Part shown: in pieces, positions 14,411-24,678 of the stretch | How the letters are laid out: every line of letters begins with the position of its first letter | How positions within the stretch are numbered: the stretch's first letter is position 1 | DNA from: Bispira polyomma | Taxonomy: Eukaryota | Direction of reading: 5' to 3' | Assembly: GCA_965649765.1 (NCBI GenBank) | Contig: OZ287755.1 | Span: 46,500,001-46,564,000, forward strand | DNA: 64,000 bases | The notes under the pieces: model-generated | Databases searched by the model: none | Seen by the model: only the letters and a program-made list of their open reading frames with translations | Told to the model about the DNA's origin: nothing | Made by a program: the position numbers and the translations under genes

Positions 14411-15025
14411 CCTAATGTCCTGGTTACACCTACACGTTCTAGAGCTATGTTTGTGTCACATTGTATTAATTTTAGAAATGTTTTGAAACGTAGTAGGAAG
14501 TGAGGATCCCTGGTGTGTTCGTTAAGTGACGTTGATTAACAGATGGTATCATTCCGGAAATGTCTCTTTTTTATCTTCTGCGTGTAGTGTTCCAAACTGT
14601 TTAAAACATTACAGTCACAGCTCCCGTTTCTCTGTTGTTCCCCGAACGTTTCAGAAAGTAGCATAGACGTAGCAGTAAGTAGCTATATGTAGTAGTAGGT
14701 AGTGAGGAAGTCCCAGTAAGTAGTGATATTGTCTCCCTTAGTCAAGAAAGTTTCACTAAGTAGCAGAAGGCAGCAGAACGCAGCCGTAAGTAGCAGTACC
14801 TTAGCTCTACGTAGTAGTAGGTAGTGATATCCTACCAGGGTCCGTTTTTCCCCCTCTTCGTGTGTACAAGTACCAACATCATCACGGAACGTCATGAAAC
14901 ATCACAATCGACTGCACCTTTATGGAAATGACATCACTTTGATACAAAACTGCCACGTTTTCAGTGTATATTGCTTAAGTACGTTGGGGGACATTAGCAC
15001 GTGGAGGTGTGACCAGGCCATTAGG
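14411..15025. mobile_element. Non-autonomous DNA transposon/MITE with ~30-bp imperfect TIRs
   Basis: Left end CCTAATGTCCTGGTTACACCTACACGTTCTA; reverse complement of the right end CCTAATGGCCTGGTCACACCTCCACGTGCTA. Confidence 0.7.
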
Positions 15026-15413
15026 TAGAATCCTATTGAGTCCTTTCCTTCATTGAGTCATAACAGTAAGGAGTGCTACACTGTTTCACACCCTATCTAG
15101 TAATAATAATAATGGAAAATTTTTAGCACAAAATTAATAAAAGGGATTATCCATTATCGAGCAAAGGTTGTTATCAAGTGAGCGCCAAGCAGGGAGTAAC
15201 TACGATGGGGATATGCCAGTCTGAACAAGTGAGTCTTGAAAGAGTGAACACCTACAAAATTTCATATATATTTACTAGAGTATGGTGGCATACTACTGTA
15301 TTGTGTTAGTAGTTACTGGCCAATAAGTATTTAGTAATGCTTAGTGATAAATAAGCTAGCAAATCAAGCCTCACAGAACTATATATATGAGCAGTTTTAA
15401 TACCATATTTCAG

Positions 15414-15506
15414 AATGAAGAACAGAAATTGAAGACCAACAGATAATGATGAAAAAACTAAATTTGTTTTTCTTATTTTATTTTTTCTCCCACATTAAGC
15501 AATAAA
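15414..15506 (+). terminator. Probable 3'-UTR exon and polyadenylation signal (AATAAA 15501-15506) of the TSP1 gene
   Basis: Donor AAG|GTAAGA lies 3 nt after the stop (13862). Acceptor TATTTCAG| is at 15413, and AATAAA is followed by T-rich sequence. Confidence 0.45.
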
Positions 15507-15727
15507 ATTGACTGATCAGTATCTTTCACTTTTATTTATTCTTTCTAATATTGCACTTTATCTACTGAATAAAACTTTGAACTGTTAATGACAAAATGAC
15601 AACATTGGGGTAAGAATGAACAAAGTGATGGCTTGGCGTCAACTATTAACACTGAAAATTTGGCCTTGGACTAAACATACTGTACAGTTTCTATTATTTG
15701 AAACAAATACTGATTGGGTGGTTTGCT

Positions 15728-15869
15728 TTGTCCCAGGGTGGATTCCTTGCTGCTGGTCTGGAGATTGCACCCTTGGACAAGATGCTTTACATAAATCTAT
15801 CCTTCTCCACACCAATGTATCAATGAGTACAATCTCCAAACCAGCGGCAAGGAATCCACCCTGGGACAA
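15728..15869. repeat. Inverted repeat with ~42-bp arms and ~55-nt loop
   Basis: TTGTCCCAGGGTGGATTCCTTGCTGCTGGTCTGGAGATTGCAC pairs with GTACAATCTCCAAACCAGCGGCAAGGAATCCACCCTGGGACAA. Confidence 0.85.
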
Positions 15870-18800
15870 TCTGGCAGCTAAAGGCTGTGGGTCCGTATGC
15901 CATATCAGGTGGCATGCATAATATGCTCGGATGTACATTGTACAAAGTCAGGTAAAACTTCAGTAGGGGTGATATCAGAATATGAACCTACATTTACATT
16001 ACCGTACCAGTGAACTATGGTGATTTTGTTTGCCCATGCTATAAATACCATGTCACAGCTATACTTTTGTTGCACTAGATATACATGAACATTACATACA
16101 CTTTAGTTGAAAGAACGTTTAAGATTTACACTGTATTTGGTTTTATTTGTCTAATTTAAATATTTTCAGTGGAAATTAATTCCTAGTAAAAATTCAACTT
16201 TAAATTTGGAAATTTTAGAATTCCCTACAAGATATGCATATTTATTGTGAGGTTAAATCTATGTATGGTATTAGTCAGAACATGGTCAAAAGGGAAAAGG
16301 CCTCGCCAAGGATCATACCCAGGCCTTGATTAGAAACAGTTGGTCAGTGGTCAGACATTGTTAAGCAATGGTCAGGAACTGTTACACAATCGCAATATAG
16401 TGCTAACTAACTGTCTGAATATTGTTACCTGCAGGTTATCAATGGTCAAACACATTGGTTAGACAAAGTGAGAAACATCAGACAAATGATAGACACAGCT
16501 GGCTAACAATCATGTACAGTTAAATGAGATATCACCTGACTCTACAGTTTGCATTTTCTAGGGCGGGTCGGAGCTCTAAGATGCAGGACTTCCCTCTCAG
16601 TCCCCTGCTAGCCGACATTGTGCTGCAGGTTCTAAACCCTTAAAGCATGATTACTATGTCACGTATTTTAAGTCTATGCTTTTACGTTCAAAGTAGGTGA
16701 GATATTTACTATAACTAGATGAACCAATGTGCTGATATCTAGTAAACAAGGTTAACATGCTGTGACACACACAGTGTGGGTGGTTCAACCATTAAATTTG
16801 ACTGTTAGATAATGATTTACATCATGGTTATCCAAAACTATAATGTATTAATTGTCAATATGGGCTAGACCCTTTATCTTTGGTTCTCTCCTGTTGCAAG
16901 TTACGGGAACATATTGGAGTCCTGTTTATACGTATATATATATTATGCTTTACATTGTTTTTTTTTCTGTTTTAGTAACTACTCTCCCACAGTGTGCTTT
17001 ACTTTATTCAACTCACTATACCTGTAACACTGTACATACATACTAACTTTTTACAAAATAGAATACCAAGCTTATTCTTTTCCTTTATCAGGTCTATAAT
17101 ATTACCACAAACTTGACCTTTAGCTATCAAATTTAACTACCTGAGAACTGTATGTACATTTTTCTTAAACCTGAAATTAAGTAACAATGTTTTTCCGAAA
17201 CCAACTTTTTTTCTGCAACCTAAAATTTCACCTCGAGGTCATACAACCTTTACATTAAAGGTCACTGATAATAGCTGTCATAGACTAGAGAGAGATTCCA
17301 GCATTGTGTGTGTTGCCTTGATGGAACAAGTTAGTGAAGGGCCTTGTCTGCAGGTAGTAATACTGTCCTTCGCCTTAGAATCCTCTAAGAAGAAGAGATT
17401 AAGCGCTATAAAAGTTAGATTAGACTAGATTAGATTAGTAAGGGATAACTGCTAATTATGGGAATCTGAATTACATTGAGTTCAGATTTGATTTACATTA
17501 CTTAAGTTATATTTAAAAATAAAAGTCAGTTTTCTGAGATGTGAGAATCGAGTGTGAGTATGTCTTTAATGGTCTCCTTATAATTACTAAATGGCCATCA
17601 TTGTGACCAAGTCCAAATGCAAGTATGTATAACACAACTGTGGAAGATATAAGTTTTATTTATTTCTAATAAAGTATTACACATGTAAAACGCATGATGA
17701 CGGAATAACATGTTAACCATGAATGAGTACATTGTATAGCCTAGGACAATTATGATGATACTGCCAATCTGTTTTAACATACACCAGGGTGTCAATGTGT
17801 AGAAGTCAACAATATATATTTTTAACAGATATGGGATGGCGGCAGGTAAAAACTAATTTTAACATACACAGTCCATAGTATCAGGTAATGATAGTTTGGA
17901 GTGCGAAGACATATGAACAAGTACAGTTTTTCATACAACAACTTTATTTAAAACACTGATTTGGGTAAAACACTGACATGTTAAAAGACATCAAGGTTAG
18001 CACTACCATAACATGTTAATTGTTAGCTACACACTTTATTTACACCAGCTGAGGAAACTTTAAGGTTACCTTACGTTTACCCAGTTTTAGTCTGACTTAA
18101 CCTGAACTTAGAGTTAGCTATGTTGACCTAACCTTAAGGTGAGCCTTAGCTTCACCCTGATCTTAACGGCGGCAGCTGAACCCAAGCTAAATATTCCCAA
18201 CTAGACTGAGGTGGAATGGTATCTTAGGCTTGCTTATGCTGGCTCTTATCTAGACTTAAAGACCACCTTAGTGCACATTAATTACAAATATTCAATTACC
18301 GCATTTACTGTCCCTTTGTGGGGTAGGGTTTGAATACTTGTGTAGTTTTTTGAAAGCGCCATAATGCCGTTTGAGGCGAAAGTTAAATTTAAAATTTTAT
18401 AACCATTAAAAACAAGGGGTAGAGGTGGGTGGGACCCGAAATCTGCTCATTGTAATCCCACTTAAGTTGGCCCTTTTCCATAAAGCATATCACCAAAGCG
18501 AGGGCACCCTCAGTAGCTGTCCATGTGTATTCTACAGCATCATGCTTTAAGTCCCTGAGATGTGTAACCATTTTCATCTCAATATCAATATTAGTTTCCA
18601 GCAACAGTATGTTAGGTCATCATATTCTAGCCATTTGCATGAGGCACCCACAAAATAGTGCTCTTGAGGCCATTTGACCTTTTTTATAGCGACATTGTCA
18701 TGTCCCAACCTTATTTTCTTTAAACATACACCACAGATACCTGTGCTTTGCTGCCAAAGCAAGTCTTCCAGATCCTGGAACCGACAGTTAGCTGCCTGGT

Positions 18801-19098
18801 TGATAGCATCGGCATAGGAAGTCAGCAGAAAGGACTATTGTGTCCTATGTGAAGGGTGACAGCAATTGGACCTGGGCGACTGCTAATTGCATTTGTGACT
18901 TATATAGGTTCTGCAATACCATACTGATATTTGTTAAACATTTTGCTGTAAAGCTTCTTGGATGTTCTCTTAACACCCTTGGCCTGATCCCTCACATATC
19001 TGTCGGTTTCTGCAACACTCACCCAAATTATATGGCAAGATAATGAATACATCTACTAGTACAATATCACTACCAGTTTTTGTGTATGCATAGAAATT

Positions 19099-19960
19099 CA
19101 GGGTTGGTGCTAGGATTTTTCAAAGTGGGGTTTTTGGGACCCCACCGCTCATAAAAAGTGGGGTCCGGGAGTAACTTCCATGCATCCGATAGATATTTGT
19201 TATTATTGTGACAAATACAGTAATTTAAATATAATAAATATATACCGTTGTATTTCTACACTGATCAAACAACAGAATATAATAACATAGACCATGAAAA
19301 TTTAAGTCAAACACTACAAATTTAATATTGATACTTCTACATTCAAATATATAAATTAACACCAAACAAACCAATGTTAACCATGAGATTTTTAAAATTT
19401 AAGTCAAACACTACAAATTTGATATTTCTACATCTAAATATATAATTTAACACCAAACAAACATATATTACCCATGAAATTATATCAAACATCTAAAAAA
19501 TCAGCTGTGGCTTAAAAAAGAAAAAAAATTCTACCTAAAAATAAGCTGTGGCGTAGTGGTATAATTGGATAAAACAAGTCGATTGTGAAGCCTTATTGAC
19601 CATTAGGTTTCATAAATATAATATAAAATAAAGTTTAGATACTTGAACTGTGAATTAAAATAAGTTGGGCAATTCGTATTACTCAGGCCCTAAGAGAATT
19701 TTAAATGAATTTCTAACGAGTTTTAGAAACTACCAATTCAAAACGCTATGACCGGAAGCACCAAATCAAAACATCACAATCTGCTGAGACCGCTAGAACT
19801 GTGATTATATAAAATATATAAAAATTAAAAGGGGAAAATGGCGACTTCTTAATTCTAAATAAAATCTGCGTCCTAATGGACGCATTGTATGTTTTAATTT
19901 GCGTCAGCTTACGAAAATTCTGCGTTTTTAGATACTCCGACGGCGTAAGCGCGAACCCTG
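19099..19960. mobile_element. Non-autonomous hAT-like element with apparent 6-bp TSD (GAAATT)
   Basis: GAAATT|CAGGGTTGGTGCT ... AGCGCGAACCCTG|GAAATT. Confidence 0.65.
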
Positions 19961-20258
19961 GAAATTACTTTAAAGACTTTATACATATGATACATTATCA
20001 ACATTGCAACTAACCTGAGATATATTGCTAGAATTAACAGTACTCTCAATTATGCTCTCATGTATTACTCTGTTGTCACAATATTTTACAATTACTAAAT
20101 ATTCATTCAATTGGTTCTTGACTACTGTGCTAATATACATAATACTTGTAGTGATTGTGATTTCTGCATTGAAAACATTCACACATAATGAGATGTGGGT
20201 GTGAATACTAAGTAACCTGTGAGTTAGCCAGTACCAACTGAAAATCACTAAATCTATT

Positions 20259-20480
20259 TGCTTAGCACGACCATGAAGGGGTCTGCTGGTTCAGTTCGAC
20301 TTTATTTATGTATAACCTTAATTAGCTAGGTTCACTCTGTTATCCCCCTCTTCTCTCTATCATCATTAGCCAATCACATAGCTACCCTGTCTTTGGGGAT
20401 AGCTTTCCCTTAGCATTCCACCATTTTACATTTATGTTTACATCCATCAACAAGGGGAAAATTTATTTCTTTTTTTAATT
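20259..20480 (+). repeat. Split direct repeat A (222 bp; also at 25842, 31425, 37008, 42591)
   Basis: TGCTTAGCACGACC...TTTAATT recurs five times and contains a CCAAT-box-like AGCCAATCA. Confidence 0.95.
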
Positions 20481-20519
20481 AAACTGATTTTAACTGATTG
20501 AGTGTTTAATTTGTGTGTC

Positions 20520-21693
20520 ATGGGAAGGACAAAGAAAACACCAGTTAGCGTGCCTCAACAGGGGAAAAAGAAGACGACGGTTAGAAAGCCAAATAGTGTG
20601 AATGGCCAACTTAGACAAGGTACTATTGTTACTAATTCTGACCCCTTGGCTTTAAATCTTCAAAGTGTGCTAGCGGAAGCGGCTACAGTCCCCGATACAA
20701 CTTCTGTGCAGTCGAGTATGGGTGAAGTCCTATCCGTCTTAAAAAAGCTTGAATCAGCTAATGCAGATATACATAAACGTCTGGACCGGGTGGAGGCCCG
20801 TGGCTCGTGTAATTCAACTCCCCTAGGTTCTCCTACAGGGGCTTCTCGCAATGGTTCAATAACGGACCACAGACAGGCAACAGATTTTGCGTTACCTCCC
20901 CCCCTCAGAGATCACACACGGGGTCGAGTCAGCCATGCTCCCCTCCAATCCGGACACCAAGATTATCAACGGGATGGGATCATTCCCCGGGTCGACGTGC
21001 TACGCTCATTACCTGAAGTGACGGCTGCCGTGAATGAGCGTCTGGCCAGTTATGATGCACTATTAAGGAGTGACATTATTCAAGGTAAGACGGCTACAAG
21101 GAAAAAATCGGGTCGTTATAACACTACGGACATAGCGGGAGCTGAACCACAACTTAGATGGCCCAACGAGGGCTGTGTGGGAGTAGCCACACGAAAGCGG
21201 CCTAACTTTGATGAGCTGACGCTGCCCCAATGGCCGGCAGGTCAGCTTTTTTAATATCTCACAAGTACAGGACCCAGTGTTGCTCAAACAGATGTTAAAC
21301 CAAGTTATATATTCGCTACGTGATGCTTCCTCTCTCCCATGGTCGGCTGTTAGGGCTGCATGGGCAGCCAACATGCAGGAGGTCGAAGAGGGGCGTCTCA
21401 CATGGGAAGACGCTACACAGTGGGCATTATCACGTATGAACGTATCACAACTCACATTAGTAAATACCCAAAATTCGCAGGAAACTCAAGGGCCGGGCAA
21501 TAGTAGGGGTAAAATGATTTGTAAATATTTCAATCTAGGCAAATGTCACCATGAGGGGGACCATGGGCAATACAAACATGTGTGTTCCAACTGTAGCAGA
21601 ATGTTGAACAAAGAACTACCTCACTCAGCAGCTAAGTGTGAAAAAAATAGTGTACCTAAACAGCAGGGGCAGGGGTTTAATCAGAAGGAATAG
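20520..21693 (+). CDS. gag: Gag-like protein, copy 1 (+1 frameshift in T6 run 21247-21252; C-terminal Cys/His finger)
   Basis: ORFs 20502-21254 and 21277-21693 join into one protein collinear with the uninterrupted 443-aa ORF at 55601-56932 (MGR..K, RKKSGRYN, LRWPNEGC, EEGRLTWED, CKYFNLGKCHHEGDH). Confidence 0.85.
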
Positions 21694-21753
21694 GAGGTTT
21701 GTCAGCAACTAACTAGTAGAACAATCAGAGAGTGCGGGTATTATGGCAGTAAT

Positions 21754-24672
21754 GTGTGTAAAGGTGTTAATGAAGTAGACTTAGTAGATGCTAGTAATGA
21801 ATCAGACAGTAGTGTTAAATGTTGGACTTTAAACAATAAAGCTTTAGATGAGAACATTATGAGCAGTGATAGTCAAATTGTCATAGAAGAGAAAGAAAAT
21901 AATGCTAATTTACAGGAATTAGATATTGGCAATTATGATAGGATTATAAATACAGCTCAGTTAATAGATCATAAGTATGTTAATACTGACAATCACATGA
22001 GTTTTTTAGATTGTTCACTCAGCATTGCACGTATTAATACTTACAGAGACAGTCAGCCTGTGGCTCAGCAGTCTTCCACTGAGGAGATGGCAGATGCAGG
22101 TAGCTCTGGATATGACAGCGCTAAACCTTTTCTTGACAATAACATTTGTTACACTAACAGTAACCAGGTAGTTAAGGGTGCAGCTAATTCATGTAACATA
22201 AGTGCTGATACTAGATGCTATGTAAATAATGAAGTGCAAGCTGCACAGACAGCTGATAGTAAGGGCACATGTGGTTTACTGACATACACTGCCACAGCAT
22301 CAGTTTGTAACTGGTTAATGGAAAGTAGTCTGGGAATTCAGAATGTCATACACTTTAAAGTGCATGGTCTTGAAGCTGCCTCGAGTTTACACTTTAAAGT
22401 GCATGGTCTTGAAGCTGCCTCGAGTTTTTGTTGTTGTCAGGAGTATAATTGGACAGATGGCACTATTTTCTACAGGAAAGTAACTGAAATTCCTATCGAG
22501 TTTTTGCAAATTTTATGTGTTACAGAAATGGTTGTCACAATAAATCCAGCCCAATGGGCGTATCAACAATATAATAGTGCTCAAAAAGAACAGGCTGAAC
22601 TGGCTTACTATTATTACAACAGAGACTGTGAGTGCAGTAAAGTTTATGGTTGTGGTTACACACAACATATTGAGAACATAATAGATAAATTAACTGAATG
22701 TGATGACAACCAAAGTGCTAGTCATAATGCACCCATAAATGGTAAAAATGTTCTAACACATAATGTTAACATTACTAACTCGACGTCCGTCCGTGTGGCT
22801 CAAGAGAACATTATGGGTTGGTCGGTCGACCATACTCATAATCCAGTCATTGATCATGCTTATACGTGTAATGTCACACTTAAGGCTAAGGTAAGTCGCT
22901 CTTCTTCGAAAACTGAGACAACAGATGTTCATTATGATACAGGTACAATAGGATTCATTAGACTTTCCAATACAGATTATGAATTTATTGGCCCAGACAG
23001 GGAGCCTATAGCTATCAACAGTGTTGACGATATGTTTCACACTGCTGAGATAATAAGAGATACAGGATTACCCAATTATCGATCAGCTAGGATACCACTT
23101 AAGTATGGTCTTAATGTGGCAGCGTGGGAAGAACTGCTGCTTCACCACTCTGATAAGTTGCTCTTACAATACATAAAGTTTGGGTTTCCCCTCTCCTTAG
23201 ATGATCCTAAGTTACTTCATAATAGCAACAGCATTAATCACCAATCTGTAATACAATACCCTCTAGAGGTGCTTCAATATCTTGAAAAGGAAAAGTCTAA
23301 GGGTGCCATGTTGGGCCCAGTTAGCACAATCAATGATACACATTTCCATTCTTCACCGTTGTTAACTAGGCCAAAAGACTTAGGTAAACGTAGAGTGATA
23401 CTCAATCTTTCCTACCCACATAACTTATCTGTCAACAGCCAAGTAGTCAGGGATTCTTTTGATAACACAAAGTTTGTACTTAGATTCCCCACAATTGACC
23501 ATATCACTAAGGAAATCAGAGACATTAATGACCCAGTAGTATTTAAAACAGATGTCTCACGAGCTTTCCGTAACCTGAGGGTAGACCCCATAGATGCCAT
23601 AAAGTTGGGCATAAATTGGGATGGTAACTACTACGTCGACGCTGCCGTGGCGTTTGGCTGGGCCCACGGCAGTGTGGCGTTCCAGCGTTGCTCTGATATT
23701 ATTGCTGATTATATGAGATCACATGGGTTTACTTTGTTTTGTTACATAGACGATTACGCCTGCGTATGTACCAGAAGTAAGGCAAGTGCAGGTTACACTA
23801 TCCTACATAACATTTTGAACAAATTAGGTCTTCCAATCAATGACGAGAAATCTGTTACACCTGGCACATTCATGACTTTTCTAGGCATTGACATTGATAT
23901 CATTAAGGGCACCATCAGCATCAACCAAGATAAGATTGACCAAATTTACCAAGAACTGCAGCATATTATCACCAAAACCTGGCTTTCACGTACCAAATAC
24001 CAGAGCATGTTAGGAAAGCTATTATATATTCATAAGTGCGTCAAGCCTGCAAGGATATTTGTTAATAGATTACTGGCTGTCTTTAGAGACAATCCAGGTG
24101 TCAAGAGATTCAAAATCACCAATAATATCAGACAAGACATCACATGGTTCATTTCGTTCTTACCTCACTTTAACGGCATAACATACATATCACCTACAGA
24201 TATACCAAATATGCAAGAGTTTCACTTGGATGCTTGCCTGACAGGTTTCGGCGGTATCTGGAACAAGGAAGTTTACGCTACACCGATACATAACATTTAT
24301 GGGCGTGACCTTGCAATTACTCAACTAGAAATGTTGAATATCATTATAGCCCTAAGGCTTTGGGGTAAGCACTGGGCCCACCAGAGAGTCACAGTAAGAT
24401 GCGACAATCTGGCGGTGGTGTTAGTTGTTGACACGGGTAAAACTAAAGATTCATTCTTAGCCACATGTATAAGGAACATATGGTTACTAACTTCAAGTTT
24501 CGACATTACATTGCACATACAGCACATTAAGGGAAAACAAAATGTTAAGGCAGATGCTTTATCTCGTATTTACTCAAGTAAGCCACCTAGTGGCCAAGTA
24601 ATGAAAGAACTTAGTCAGTATTGTTACAAACATATACCACTAGATTTCTTCAATCTTAATTATGCTATATAA
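21754..24672 (+). CDS. pol: Pol (reverse transcriptase + RNase H), copy 1; frame open from 21694
   Basis: RT motifs KTDVSRAFRNL, FGWAHGS and YIDD. RNase H motifs LDACLTGFGG, QLEMLNI, CDNLAVV and HIKGKQNVKADALSR. Confidence 0.95.
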   Translation: MCKGVNEVDLVDASNESDSSVKCWTLNNKALDENIMSSDSQIVIEEKENNANLQELDIGNYDRIINTAQLIDHKYVNTDNHMSFLDCSLSIARINTYRDSQPVAQQSSTEEMADAGSSGYDSAKPFLDNNICYTNSNQVVKGAANSCNISADTRCYVNNEVQAAQTADSKGTCGLLTYTATASVCNWLMESSLGIQNVIHFKVHGLEAASSLHFKVHGLEAASSFCCCQEYNWTDGTIFYRKVTEIPIEFLQILCVTEMVVTINPAQWAYQQYNSAQKEQAELAYYYYNRDCECSKVYGCGYTQHIENIIDKLTECDDNQSASHNAPINGKNVLTHNVNITNSTSVRVAQENIMGWSVDHTHNPVIDHAYTCNVTLKAKVSRSSSKTETTDVHYDTGTIGFIRLSNTDYEFIGPDREPIAINSVDDMFHTAEIIRDTGLPNYRSARIPLKYGLNVAAWEELLLHHSDKLLLQYIKFGFPLSLDDPKLLHNSNSINHQSVIQYPLEVLQYLEKEKSKGAMLGPVSTINDTHFHSSPLLTRPKDLGKRRVILNLSYPHNLSVNSQVVRDSFDNTKFVLRFPTIDHITKEIRDINDPVVFKTDVSRAFRNLRVDPIDAIKLGINWDGNYYVDAAVAFGWAHGSVAFQRCSDIIADYMRSHGFTLFCYIDDYACVCTRSKASAGYTILHNILNKLGLPINDEKSVTPGTFMTFLGIDIDIIKGTISINQDKIDQIYQELQHIITKTWLSRTKYQSMLGKLLYIHKCVKPARIFVNRLLAVFRDNPGVKRFKITNNIRQDITWFISFLPHFNGITYISPTDIPNMQEFHLDACLTGFGGIWNKEVYATPIHNIYGRDLAITQLEMLNIIIALRLWGKHWAHQRVTVRCDNLAVVLVVDTGKTKDSFLATCIRNIWLLTSSFDITLHIQHIKGKQNVKADALSRIYSSKPPSGQVMKELSQYCYKHIPLDFFNLNYAI

Positions 24673-24678
24673 TTGTAG

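Noticed and set aside
18360-19040. Possible decayed Harbinger-like transposase on the - strand
   Set aside because: Only faint motif resemblance across broken frames; it cannot be supported without a profile search.
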